Part shown: in pieces, positions 1 to 9,134 of the stretch
How the letters are laid out: every line of letters starts with the position of its first letter
Position numbering within the stretch: the stretch's first letter is position 1
Assembly: GCA_018302815.1 (NCBI GenBank)
Contig: JAGVZE010000015.1
Coordinates: forward strand, 2,328-66,327
Direction: 5' to 3'
Length of the DNA: 64,000 bases
Source of the DNA: Candidatus Woesearchaeota archaeon
GTDB lineage: Archaea; Nanobdellota; Nanobdellia; Woesearchaeales; ARS49
The notes under the pieces: generated by a model
The model's input: only the letters and a program-made list of their open reading frames with translations
Told to the model about the DNA's origin: nothing
The model's database searches: none
Position numbers and translations under genes: made by a program

Positions 1-463
1 TGCATTTTTCTTCTTTCCGATAGTTGGATCCTTGGTCCTGCAAACGATGCCAGCAATAACCACCAATAAGCAAGCCAGATAATGGCAAGTAAATATTGTC
101 CGCCGGAAAAGGAAGCACAAATGAAAGCGCTGAAAAAGCAAAAGAACTCAGTATTGGCACGCTCCACCAGTTGCGCGATTTCATTTCAGACCACAACCTT
201 TTTGGATCGATGGCTCCTATCACTTCGATTATTGGAGTGTCAGCCGTACAACCCAAAAAGTTATCTACTGATGCTTTGATGGTTGGAAATTCCTCTTCCA
301 CCTCTGTTGCGTACATCACCTTGCCTGCAGGTCGTCCTTTGCATGCCTTTTGAATTCGTTCTAATTTTACTATCTCTTGTTTTAATAAATTTTCAAGTGG
401 TGTTAGCGTGTCTTCAGCGGTAATAAATATTCTGATAGCATCATTTGTCGGAATATCGTACAT
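1..463 (-). CDS. hypothetical membrane-associated protein (5' part only; continues beyond window start)
   Basis: Manual translation of the minus strand from ATG at 463..461 (MYDIPTNDAIRIFITAEDTLTPLENLL...) runs stop-free to position 1. An in-frame stop lies immediately upstream at 478..476. The C-terminal part is hydrophobic. It is absent from the ORF track, presumably because no stop lies within the window. Confidence 0.35.
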   Translation of the reverse strand, partial: MYDIPTNDAIRIFITAEDTLTPLENLLKQEIVKLERIQKACKGRPAGKVMYATEVEEEFPTIKASVDNFLGCTADTPIIEVIGAIDPKRLWSEMKSRNWWSVPILSSFAFSALSFVLPFPADNIYLPLSGLLIGGYCWHRLQDQGSNYRKEEKC

Positions 464-551
464 ATGACTGCGGTCCTATACTCCATTTAAAAACCTTATC
501 ACAACTCAACTCCAACAATCAATAAAAACTCTACAACACACTGTACTTTCT

Positions 552-1265
552 ATGCCAATTGAAGCAATCGTATTCGACATCGACAATACATTAGTCGATT
601 TTCACACAATGAAGCTTGCCTGCACACAGGCAGGACTTGATAAAATGATAGAGCGCGGAATGCCAATAACCGCAGACGAAGGCAAAAGGATAGTTCCTGA
701 AGTCTTTCGTAACTACGGATGGGAAGACCAACTCTTATTTCGGCACGTCGCGGAATTCGCAGGCGTTCGGCAAGAAGTCGAGCTTGAACGTTATTCCCAG
801 ATAGGCAAAATCGCGTACAGACGCAAACAACGAGAATTCTTGCAGCCATATGAGGGAGTATCCCCGACGCTTGAAGAATTAAAAAAGCGCAAAATCGCAC
901 TTGCAATCCTATCTGACGCTCCGCGATACAAAGTCTTCGACAGGTTATGCGACACAGACCTCGAACCATATTTCGAGAACAACGTGGTTGGAGCAGTTGA
1001 CGATTCCCACAAAAAACCGCACCCAAGCGCATTTGACACAGTTCTTTCGTTAATTGGACGAAAAACCCCTGAGAACGTGATGATGATAGGCGACCATCCT
1101 GTGCGAGACATACTTGGCGCTCGAAACTACGGCTTTGTCACAGCATGGGCAAAATATGGCTATTTCGCTCAACAAGGAGAAAATATAGAGTCTATACAAA
1201 CAAGAGCGCACTATGTCCTTGAACGCTTCAACGACATTCTCAAGAAAGTAGAAGAGCACAAGTAG
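552..1265 (+). CDS. HAD-superfamily hydrolase/phosphatase
   Basis: N-terminal DxDxT motif (FDIDNTLVD). C-terminal GDxxxD-like MMIGDHPVRDI. Size (237 aa) and motif spacing are typical of HAD phosphatases. Confidence 0.75.
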   Translation: MPIEAIVFDIDNTLVDFHTMKLACTQAGLDKMIERGMPITADEGKRIVPEVFRNYGWEDQLLFRHVAEFAGVRQEVELERYSQIGKIAYRRKQREFLQPYEGVSPTLEELKKRKIALAILSDAPRYKVFDRLCDTDLEPYFENNVVGAVDDSHKKPHPSAFDTVLSLIGRKTPENVMMIGDHPVRDILGARNYGFVTAWAKYGYFAQQGENIESIQTRAHYVLERFNDILKKVEEHK

Positions 1266-1308
1266 CTATTTAACAACCTTTTTAAACCTCAATAGCAGTA
1301 CCTGTGGC

Positions 1309-2064
1309 ATGAATTGGCTATATCCAATAATAAGCGTCATAATTGTCAGCGCTGTCGCCTTCATCGGCCTTTGGACATTCGCGATGAAAAGCAGCAACTT
1401 GCACAAAATAGTGCTTTACCTTGTAAGTTTTAGCGCAGGAGCGCTTCTTGGAGACGCATTCCTTCATTTATTGCCTGAAGCGGTTGAAGAAACCGGCTTT
1501 GGAATCGCGGTCAGTCTTTACATCTTATTAGGAATAATAATATCATTCGTCATAGAAAAGATAATCTGGAGACACTGCCATTTGCATAAATGCACAGCCG
1601 GACACCACCATGCAAGGCCGCAGCCATTCGCTTATTTGAACCTCATAGGCGATGGAGTGCACAACTTCATTGACGGACTTATTATCGGCGCAAGCTATCT
1701 TGTCAGCGTACCTGTAGGAATATCTACAACACTCGCAGTCATACTTCACGAAATTCCTCAAGAAATAGGAGATTTCGGCGTTTTAGTGCACGGCGGATTC
1801 GAGAGGACGCAGGCACTTTTCTATAATTTCGTCTCAGGCCTTGCGGCAATAATGGGGGTGGTGTTGGCGCTTTTCCTTAACCAGACAACAGCCGTTACCA
1901 ATTTCCTGGTTCCATTCGCAGCAGGAAACTTCATTTACATCGCGTGCACAGACCTACTTCCTGAACTGCACAAAAGCGTCAGCATAAAAGAAAGCCTCGC
2001 GCAAGTACTCATGTTCCTTCTTGGCATCGGAGTAATGGTAGCGCTGCTAGTTTTCCTCGAATGA
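1309..2064 (+). CDS. zupT: ZIP-family divalent metal (zinc) transporter
   Basis: Multi-TM protein with HEIPQEIGDFGVL signature and His-rich cytoplasmic loop (HCHLHKCTAGHHHA) typical of ZupT/ZIP transporters. Confidence 0.75.
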   Translation: MNWLYPIISVIIVSAVAFIGLWTFAMKSSNLHKIVLYLVSFSAGALLGDAFLHLLPEAVEETGFGIAVSLYILLGIIISFVIEKIIWRHCHLHKCTAGHHHARPQPFAYLNLIGDGVHNFIDGLIIGASYLVSVPVGISTTLAVILHEIPQEIGDFGVLVHGGFERTQALFYNFVSGLAAIMGVVLALFLNQTTAVTNFLVPFAAGNFIYIACTDLLPELHKSVSIKESLAQVLMFLLGIGVMVALLVFLE

Positions 2065-2615
2065 ACATGGAGCACATAGACATCATCGACGCACACGACA
2101 ATGAAATAGGCATAGCCACACGCGACGAAGTCCATCGCAAAGGACTCCTTCACCGGGGAATATGCGTGCTCATATTCGATTGGAACGGAAAAATATTCGT
2201 GCAGAAACGTTCTTCGATAAAAGATAATTTTCCAGGGCTTTACGAATGCGCCGTGAACGGCCACGTGCTCAGCAGCGAAGCGTACCATCAAGCGGCAGTG
2301 CGGGAATTGCGAGAAGAGCTAGATATAATCACTGCTCCTGCTAAAGTCAAAGAGATAACTCGATTCGGCTTCCATGAATCGAACGAACGGATGCTTGTGA
2401 CGCTCTATGCGCTAAAGGACTTTCACGGAAAAATGCTCCAAGATAGGGAGGAATTAAGTCAAGGTGAATTTTGGACGATGCAAAAACTTCAAAACGAGCT
2501 TAAGAAAAACCCCGCTAAGTTTTACCCCAGTTCTAAAAAATCTTTAGACTTATTCTCAGAATTCGACGCAGAACCCAGAGCATTTATGAACGTAAAGCGC
2601 ACAAAACTTAAATAG
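2061..2615 (+). CDS. Nudix hydrolase
   Basis: Nudix box GHVLSSEAYHQAAVRELREELDI (Gx5Ex7REuxEExGu). Start overlaps upstream stop by 4 nt (operon). Confidence 0.75.
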   Translation: MNMEHIDIIDAHDNEIGIATRDEVHRKGLLHRGICVLIFDWNGKIFVQKRSSIKDNFPGLYECAVNGHVLSSEAYHQAAVRELREELDIITAPAKVKEITRFGFHESNERMLVTLYALKDFHGKMLQDREELSQGEFWTMQKLQNELKKNPAKFYPSSKKSLDLFSEFDAEPRAFMNVKRTKLK

Positions 2616-2640
2616 TCCCGTTCTTGATGAATGTTCTTAG

Positions 2641-3600
2641 ATGAATGTTGTCGTCATCGGTGGAGGCACCGGAAGTTACACTGTTCTTAAAGGGCTAAAA
2701 CAGCTCACATCAGGCATAACTGCCATCGTTTCAATGTTCGACAGCGGAGGAAGCACAGGACTTCTTCGCGATGAATTCGGAGTCTTACCTCCGGGAGATG
2801 TTCGGCGCTGCCTCATTGCCCTTGCAGAAGATGAAACTCTTCGCGACCTATTTCAGTATCGATTCAAGACTGATAGCAGCCTGCACGGACATTCATTAGG
2901 AAATTTGTTTATTACAGCTTTAAAGCACATCACAGGAAGCGATGCGCAGGCAATAAAGCTCGCATCCCGCCTGCTTCGCATAAAAGGCACAGTGCTGCCC
3001 GTAACGCTTGGAAACGCGCACCTATTGGCGGAACTTGAAGATGGAACAACAATCAAAGGCGAAACGCACATCGACATTCCTGCGCATAACGGAGCGCTTA
3101 GAATCAGCAAGCTAAAACTCGATCCTCCTGTAACTGCAAATGATGAAGCTTTAGCAGCGATAGAAAAAGCAGACCTTGTGGTAATAGGACCCGGAGATTT
3201 ATTCACAAGCGTTCTTCCCAATCTTCTTGTCGATGGAGTTTCTTGCGCGCTTTCAAAGACAAAAGCGCTCAAAGTATACGTTTGCAATTTGATGACTAAA
3301 TTCGGCGAAACAACCAATTTCACAGCTTCAGAGCACCTCAAAGAAATCATAAAATACGGATGCAAACCGGACGTAATACTTTGCAATAACGCAAGTTATT
3401 CCCAAGAACTCATTAAAGCATATCATGAAAATAAGCAAACGCCTGTTGACATCGACAAAGAAGCAATAAGCCGATTAGGAGTTGAATTAGTGACGGCTGC
3501 GCTTTCTACTTCGCCGGACCTTATCAGGCATGATTCGCTCAAGCTCGCAAACGCTCTTTTACTTTTGAAGCAGAAGAACGATCGCGACAATAAGGAATAA
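2641..3600 (+). CDS. YvcK/CofD-family protein (UPF0052, gluconeogenesis factor/2-phospho-L-lactate transferase-like)
   Basis: N-terminal VVIGGGTGSYTVLKGLK and LPPGDVRRCLIALAE motifs characteristic of the YvcK/CofD family. Confidence 0.7.
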   Translation: MNVVVIGGGTGSYTVLKGLKQLTSGITAIVSMFDSGGSTGLLRDEFGVLPPGDVRRCLIALAEDETLRDLFQYRFKTDSSLHGHSLGNLFITALKHITGSDAQAIKLASRLLRIKGTVLPVTLGNAHLLAELEDGTTIKGETHIDIPAHNGALRISKLKLDPPVTANDEALAAIEKADLVVIGPGDLFTSVLPNLLVDGVSCALSKTKALKVYVCNLMTKFGETTNFTASEHLKEIIKYGCKPDVILCNNASYSQELIKAYHENKQTPVDIDKEAISRLGVELVTAALSTSPDLIRHDSLKLANALLLLKQKNDRDNKE

Positions 3601-3689
3601 AATCTGCGCGGCCTTCTCGTGATATGGGATAAAGCCCAAAAACAAAAGCACTAGCCCTAACAAATTAAGCACTCCTAACGTTCTCATAT

Positions 3690-4394
3690 TCATCCTGTAC
3701 TCACCCCGAGCGTGTAGTATATCATCCAGCCTGCAAGCGCGAGCAGCAAAAGTCCGATAGCAAGGCGCATAAGCCCCTTGTGCTTATTCCTCCACCGCTC
3801 AAGCTTGCTCCAATGGACGCCCTTAGTCACAAAAAATAGTATGACTACCAGCGGAAGCACGAAAATAAGATTGTATATGATGAGCAGAATAATGTTGTGT
3901 GTGGTGACGCCTGCAAGAGACATCAGCGCGAGAACAGCAAGGTACACAGCTCCAGTGCACGGAAGCTCAACAAGCGCAACAAATACGCCCAAGAACGCGG
4001 AAGTGAGCGGTGAATCCCCTACTTTTGTAACATATTTCTTTATACGTTCAGCTTCCGATGGAAAAATGGAAAGAGAGAACCCTCGTCCATACCAGAAGAA
4101 ATCTTTTATTTCTAACAGGCCGGCAAGAGCGATTATTCCAGCTATCACGTAATAACTAATGACGGAAAATCCTGCGAGCGAGCGGATAATAGGCAAAAGC
4201 ACCAAACCTGCGACTAAGTACGTGAGGAAAACGAATGTGATGTAAACAAGACCGTTGAAGAGCATATGGCTCTTGTGCGCGGTCTTAGCCAAATACGCGA
4301 GCATGAAAATCAACACTCCGAACGCGCACGGATTGATGCCGTCAATAAGGGCGGCGCCAACCACGATAGGCAAACTAATCTCAGCCATCAGCAA
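3690..4394 (-). CDS. ccdA: CcdA/DsbD-family thiol-disulfide transmembrane electron transporter
   Basis: Six-TM protein with ALIDGINPCAFGVLIF motif and second conserved Cys (ELPCTGAV) typical of CcdA. Confidence 0.75.
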   Translation of the reverse strand: MLMAEISLPIVVGAALIDGINPCAFGVLIFMLAYLAKTAHKSHMLFNGLVYITFVFLTYLVAGLVLLPIIRSLAGFSVISYYVIAGIIALAGLLEIKDFFWYGRGFSLSIFPSEAERIKKYVTKVGDSPLTSAFLGVFVALVELPCTGAVYLAVLALMSLAGVTTHNIILLIIYNLIFVLPLVVILFFVTKGVHWSKLERWRNKHKGLMRLAIGLLLLALAGWMIYYTLGVSTG

Positions 4395-4461
4395 AACTCA
4401 CACACGTTTTTCTTCTTCACTGCTTTCTTAGCTGTTTTCTTTTTCGCGGCCATCTTTCACC

Positions 4462-5058
4462 TCATTCAAATGTGATAACAATATCATCGCCATCTTTCCA
4501 AGCGTATTGGTCAAATTCAAGCTGCGGCGCTCCATTAACCATCATCCGCACTATGCCTGCTTTTTCATCAGAACATAAATCATCATTGCAATATTTTCCG
4601 ATGCATCGCGAGGAAAAAGGCAGGTCCATCTCAGTTAGGAACGCTCCAACTTTCAAGGGAGCATCATTTAACAATCGATGAGTCACAGGGTCGTATGGCA
4701 ATCTTTCGTGGAAATGGATGTAATTACGTTCTTTGTGCGTATGCGGACCTTCCAATGGACCGTGTTCGAGCGGGAACAATGTTTTCTCACCGCAAATATG
4801 AACTGCTATGTCCGCGTGGATATGGAACGTCTTTATGCATCGGTCTTCATAGCAAACCTCGAATTCCTCAATCTGCTCAACTGAAGAGCGATAAGTATAG
4901 ACTGAGTACACAAGAAACACAGTAAAACCTAACACTGCAATAAACCCAAGAAAGCGCAGCAAGGCGCTGCCTGTTCCCACACTCTTCTTTTTCATTACCC
5001 TTTCAAGAGCATTGGCCTTTAAAAACCTTTTTGCCAAAACATTTATAAACCCCCTCAC
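4462..5058 (-). CDS. membrane-anchored Cys/His-rich hypothetical protein (possible extracytoplasmic redox or metal partner of CcdA)
   Basis: ORF with N-terminal TM anchor (likely true start at MKKKSVG, approx 4995). Soluble domain carries CYEDRC, HIHADIAVHICGE, HTHKERNYIHFHE and CIGKYCNDDLC motifs. Lies immediately upstream of ccdA on the same strand (68-nt gap). Confidence 0.45.
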   Translation of the reverse strand: MRGFINVLAKRFLKANALERVMKKKSVGTGSALLRFLGFIAVLGFTVFLVYSVYTYRSSVEQIEEFEVCYEDRCIKTFHIHADIAVHICGEKTLFPLEHGPLEGPHTHKERNYIHFHERLPYDPVTHRLLNDAPLKVGAFLTEMDLPFSSRCIGKYCNDDLCSDEKAGIVRMMVNGAPQLEFDQYAWKDGDDIVITFE

Positions 5059-5073
5059 GGGCGTTTTTCATCT

Positions 5074-5298
5074 ATGAATAACTGGAAAATAACCTTTGAA
5101 GTATATGTGCAGAGGAACGGTATCCAAGAACGCCGAGTGCGCGAGACCTACGCGCAAGCAGATAATATCAGAACAGCTTGCGATTTATTCGCTGAAACAC
5201 TTTGGCCGGAAATGCAGGAAAAAGACAAAAAGAAAGAAACCCCTGAACTTATCGGCGCACAATACCGCGTAACTTCAATAGATCAGCATTTGAAATAG
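5074..5298 (+). CDS. small hypothetical protein
   Basis: 74-aa ORF in an otherwise gene-free interval. No recognisable motif. Confidence 0.25.
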   Translation: MNNWKITFEVYVQRNGIQERRVRETYAQADNIRTACDLFAETLWPEMQEKDKKKETPELIGAQYRVTSIDQHLK

Positions 5299-5337
5299 GC
5301 GTAACATTTAAAACTCTTCGCGCACAACGATAGTTCA

Positions 5338-6522
5338 ATGGAAAATATTCTTCTTAATTTTTTAGTACCACTCACCATTCTATTCTTTGTGCCGAAAATA
5401 ATTTTCAGGCTTTATTCCATACCTTTTCCAATAACTGAAATAGTGCTCGGCATCACAATTGGAAGCGTATTTCCCGGTTTTTTCGCGCAAGATGATATCC
5501 TTCAAGTCATATCTACTCTTGGAATAATAACTCTCTTCGTTCATTCTGGAATGGAAGTGGACCTTCATTTCATCCTACGAAGGAAGCGCTTTTTCATCGA
5601 GAATATCCTTCGAAGTATGGTTGTAATAACTCTAGTTGCGGTGCTCATAAAATATTTGTTCAAGACTTCCCTGATAATAGGATTTGTCGCGTCCCTTGGA
5701 TTCACAACACCTTCGGCAAGTTATATTTTTTCCATGCTCAGGCTGGAATCAAACAAACTTAAAAATTGGATAGGGGGCAAAGCCATAGCAGGAGAACTCC
5801 TTGCACTCATAATGGTCGTCGTATTGCTCAACATATCGAAACCTGTCAAACTCGCAATATCACTTGCAGCGGTAATATTGCTGGTGACGCTATTGCCATT
5901 CGTTCTGCGCGCGATTTACCGAATTGTATTCAGTAAACTCATAGGCCAAGAGTTCTCATTCATTTTTGTAGTCGCGGTGATATCCGCTTTCGTCACAGAG
6001 ATGCTAGGACTCCATTTCCTCTTTGGCGCGTTTCTTGCAGGCATCGTCTCGCGTGAATTCGTGCATCATCTTGTAAAAGCGAAGGAATATAAGCACGTCA
6101 CCGTAGAAACCGGCCAGCAGATAATCGAAGGCTTCTCTTATTTTGCCATACTCTTCGCCCCTTTCTATTTTTTCTCAGTTGGTCTTACACTAAGTTCCCA
6201 AGACATATCTTTTCCCCTTGTTCTTTCAACAATAGCGCTAGGGCTTGGAATTTTGGCTGTGCGCGTGCTTTTCATAGTCCTTCATCGACGTTCAAGAATA
6301 CAAGAACCAAGAGCGCGCAGTTTCCAAATATCGGTCGCAATACTTCCAACATTATTCTTTTCATTCGTCATAGCGGAGATACTTAGAACAAACTTTGAAG
6401 CAGATGTTTTACTATTTAATACGCTCATGGTATATGGACTTGTGAGCACAATAGTCGGATTCGTCCTACAAAGAATCACGACCTTAAAACGTCGTTTTAA
6501 ATCAATAAAAATACAATCGTAA
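5338..6522 (+). CDS. cation:proton antiporter (CPA family, Na+/H+ exchanger-like)
   Basis: About 12 TM helices. N-terminal region (ITEIVLGITIGSVFPGF...GMEVDL) is typical of CPA1/CPA2 exchangers. Paralogous to 7861..9042. Confidence 0.65.
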   Translation: MENILLNFLVPLTILFFVPKIIFRLYSIPFPITEIVLGITIGSVFPGFFAQDDILQVISTLGIITLFVHSGMEVDLHFILRRKRFFIENILRSMVVITLVAVLIKYLFKTSLIIGFVASLGFTTPSASYIFSMLRLESNKLKNWIGGKAIAGELLALIMVVVLLNISKPVKLAISLAAVILLVTLLPFVLRAIYRIVFSKLIGQEFSFIFVVAVISAFVTEMLGLHFLFGAFLAGIVSREFVHHLVKAKEYKHVTVETGQQIIEGFSYFAILFAPFYFFSVGLTLSSQDISFPLVLSTIALGLGILAVRVLFIVLHRRSRIQEPRARSFQISVAILPTLFFSFVIAEILRTNFEADVLLFNTLMVYGLVSTIVGFVLQRITTLKRRFKSIKIQS

Positions 6523-6856
6523 TCGCGGCGGCTATAATCGCAGAAATCAACACGAGCTTTATCGATTGAAAGATATCTTTCTTATTGTTCTGCGTTTGTA
6601 ATACCTTTTTCGCGGATCCTCGTTCTTTAAAGTTATATTCGCCACGCAGCCCATAATAAACACAAAAATTCTGCTTTGCCTGAACGAAACCTAGCACGGA
6701 AATAAAAAGAGGAACGAAAATAAGCCATTTGAACTCTGAGTGGAATAAAAAGAACGCTAAAAATACGCTAATCAACGCGAACAAAATACCTATCCGAACC
6801 CGCGAACGCTTTTCACGAGAACCGATGTTGCAGGTGCCGGGAACGTACGGGGTCAT
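6497..6856 (-). CDS. small integral membrane protein, hypothetical
   Basis: 119-aa ORF with two or three hydrophobic helices. Overlaps the 3' end of the antiporter gene by 26 nt. Confidence 0.35.
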   Translation of the reverse strand: MTPYVPGTCNIGSREKRSRVRIGILFALISVFLAFFLFHSEFKWLIFVPLFISVLGFVQAKQNFCVYYGLRGEYNFKERGSAKKVLQTQNNKKDIFQSIKLVLISAIIAAAITIVFLLI

Positions 6857-6996
6857 ACAGTCATTAGATGCGAGTATGTATAAAAAGCTAATTGGCGATT
6901 GGAATTTAAGATTAGTTCGTTTGTGATTCTTAATTCTTAGTTAAATTTATAAGGCAACGAGTGCGAGAATTTGAAAGGATAGACGATAATCCTTTT

Positions 6997-7080
6997 GCGG
7001 CCATGGCACAATCCGGTACTGCGTCGGTCTTGAAAACCGATTTCCGAAAGGATATCCCGGTTCAAATCCGGGTGGCCGCG
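6997..7080 (+). tRNA. tRNA-Ser (anticodon TGA)
   Basis: Acceptor GCGGCCA/TGGCCGC, 3-bp D stem GCA/TGC, anticodon arm TCGGT-CTTGAAA-ACCGA, long variable arm TTCCGAAAGGA, T arm CCCGG-TTCAAAT-CCGGG, discriminator G. No encoded CCA. Confidence 0.85.
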
Positions 7081-7130
7081 TATTTTTATTTCTCAAAAAC
7101 TTCGTTATTGTAATTTTTGTGTATATTGTC

Positions 7131-7220
7131 ACCCTGATTTGAACATCTGCGGACTGCTAGGCAGTCCTTGACATCAAAATTCTCGCGCCGCTCGAATTTC
7201 GATGAATCCGGGTGGCCGCG
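7131..7220 (+). repeat. tRNA-Ser(TGA)-attached structured repeat unit (inverted T-loop copy ... 7-bp hairpin ... direct copy of tRNA 3' terminus)
   Basis: 7131-7147 ACCCTGATTTGAACATC is the reverse complement of the tRNA T-loop/3' T-stem (14 of 15 nt). GGACTGCTAGGCAGTCC is a perfect 7-bp hairpin. 7204-7220 AATCCGGGTGGCCGCGT repeats the last 17 nt of the adjacent tRNA. The module 7137-7173 is homologous (inverted) to 22408-22444 at the tRNA-Glu locus. Confidence 0.6.
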
Positions 7221-7249
7221 TCTAATATTGGTTTGAATGAAGAAATCAG

Positions 7250-7795
7250 TTAAAGTTTATTCTTAGGAATGACAATCGAGCCTTCAGTTCTGTCTCCTAC
7301 GTGCTCTGCTTTTCCGTGATAGTAGAGATAACCTGCTATGACTGCAGCCGCGGCGTCACGCTCGTGCTGGTTGCCTGCGCCCTCAAGATTCGCGTTTAAA
7401 ACCTTTTTTACAAGCTTAGCCACAGCTATCTGCGTATTCTTGCGCGGAATCTTCGCTGAGTCAAAAACCGCTCCGGGGAACACTTCTATTAATTTTCCTC
7501 TGATGCTTTTCTTTAGCCTGATGCCTCTTTCTGTCAAAGGAATCATTGTTGGAAGAAGCGGAGAGAATATCTTGATTTTTCTTTTGAGAAGTTCAGATTC
7601 CGCTTTACGCCACATTCCTTTTTTGGGTTTTGAAAGCGGAGCGTCAATTGCTATGACGTGCGGACGCTCATCCTTTATCGCTTCTAGAATTTCTTTATCG
7701 CTTTTGACGGAAAAGGCGCGCACGCGGGAACCGTCATAAATGGCCATGCCAGTTATGCCTTTTTCAGATGCAAGATCAATCCCCAGAACCTTCAT
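7250..7795 (-). CDS. RNase H-fold nuclease (YqgF/RuvC-like, COG2410/DUF429-type)
   Basis: N-terminal MKVLGIDLASEKG...VIAIDAPLS has the pattern of RNase H-like resolvase/nuclease folds (catalytic Asp in GIDLA and IDAPL). Confidence 0.5.
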   Translation of the reverse strand: MKVLGIDLASEKGITGMAIYDGSRVRAFSVKSDKEILEAIKDERPHVIAIDAPLSKPKKGMWRKAESELLKRKIKIFSPLLPTMIPLTERGIRLKKSIRGKLIEVFPGAVFDSAKIPRKNTQIAVAKLVKKVLNANLEGAGNQHERDAAAAVIAGYLYYHGKAEHVGDRTEGSIVIPKNKL

Positions 7796-7860
7796 ACCTT
7801 AAGCCCATCAGTCACTCTTTTTAAACGTTATTGTCGCTGTGTGGGAGAACGTATACTGAT

Positions 7861-9042
7861 TCACTTCTTTTTGAGTAAATGCCTTAACATGAAGGGGGAT
7901 ATAAGCGTTGAAATAAGCGCCATGAAAATCAGCGAAGAGAATACTTGGGAAGATATGACTCCTGCGGTTAATGCAAATTGCGCTATAACGAGTTCAGTAT
8001 CGCCTTTCGCGTTCATCGCCCATCCTGCAATCCACGCCTCGTTCCAGTTGTGATATGATAAAACATACCCTGTCGCGCTTCCTACTACGGTGCCTGCAAT
8101 GGAGAGCAAAGTTATCACAATGCCAAAAGTCAGGTTCTGCCAAATCGCCAAGATATTAGTTTGGAATCCCACGTGGAAGAAGAAAAACGGAACAATAAAT
8201 CCGAACGCGAGCGTGTGCATCGAGTGAGTAATTTCCGCCTTCTCCCAGGGCCTATGGCCCTTATCTTTCAAAAGAACCTGACGCCAGATAACTCCGCTGA
8301 ATAACGCTCCGATAAGCGCGCCTATGCCTAAAATTTCGGCAAGGGAAGCCATGAACAAAGTGATTATCAGCGCGGCGGTGAATAACTGGGCTCGTTCAGG
8401 CTGCTGTTCCACAAGATACAATACAAAGGGGATGGCCCACAATCTGAACGCTACGACGAGAATCGCGAATAGAACCACTCCTGATGCGAGCTGAGCGATA
8501 GATGTGTGCATAACGCTTGTTTCGAGAACAGTGAGGACACTGGTAATTAGAAACAATTCCACAATATCATCAAACGATCCTGCGCTCACTATGAGCGCGC
8601 CAAGACGCGTGCGAAGCTTACCAAACTCTTCCATGAGGTCAAGAGCTATTGCAGTCGCGCTAACGCTCATACACACTCCAACAATCAGGCTCGTGCCATA
8701 TTCCATCCCGAATACATATCTGCTGGCCACAAATCCCAAGCTAAGCGGAAGAATAGTATTGAAAAATGAAATCCACCAAGAAGGCACTATCTCTTTGGTA
8801 ATTTGGCGCAGGTCTATTTGAATGCCAACAAAAAACAAAAGCAATATGGCTCCGATATCCGCTAAAAATCCTATCAGCCACGCGCTCTCCTGAGTGAAAA
8901 GGACATCTTTCAAAAACGGAATGCCGAATATCATCCCTGCAATTATATGGCTCACCACTCTTGGCACTTTAACTATCCTTAGAATCTCAGATAGGAAGAA
9001 CATCGCCGCGAGAGCGAGCAATAAGGTTACTATAGTGTTCAT
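7861..9042 (-). CDS. cation:proton antiporter (CPA family)
   Basis: 393-aa polytopic membrane protein. IIAGMIFGIPFL...FFVGIQIDL closely parallels 5338..6522 (paralog, convergent orientation). Confidence 0.65.
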   Translation of the reverse strand: MNTIVTLLLALAAMFFLSEILRIVKVPRVVSHIIAGMIFGIPFLKDVLFTQESAWLIGFLADIGAILLLFFVGIQIDLRQITKEIVPSWWISFFNTILPLSLGFVASRYVFGMEYGTSLIVGVCMSVSATAIALDLMEEFGKLRTRLGALIVSAGSFDDIVELFLITSVLTVLETSVMHTSIAQLASGVVLFAILVVAFRLWAIPFVLYLVEQQPERAQLFTAALIITLFMASLAEILGIGALIGALFSGVIWRQVLLKDKGHRPWEKAEITHSMHTLAFGFIVPFFFFHVGFQTNILAIWQNLTFGIVITLLSIAGTVVGSATGYVLSYHNWNEAWIAGWAMNAKGDTELVIAQFALTAGVISSQVFSSLIFMALISTLISPFMLRHLLKKK

Positions 9043-9134
9043 GGTCCTCTTTTAGCTCTATTCCAAGAATCAGAATATTTAAATATTCGCACTTTCGCGA
9101 AAACCTTGATATTCTTCATATTGGAGGGAGTTAA

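Noticed and set aside
2853-3386. 177-aa minus-strand ORF inside the YvcK/CofD gene
   Set aside because: It is antisense to a gene with clear family motifs and has Ser/Pro-rich low-complexity translation.
6947-7132. 61-aa ORF on the minus strand
   Set aside because: It lies entirely over tRNA-Ser(TGA) and its flank, so it is spurious.
7121-7222. Possible second functional tRNA (or 3' tRNA half of a split tRNA) downstream of tRNA-Ser(TGA)
   Set aside because: It has the tRNA 3' terminus but no matching 5' acceptor strand, and no T-arm that can fold (TCGATGAATCCGGG). The T-loop motif is on the opposite strand. It is better explained as a tRNA-end-mimicking repeat unit.
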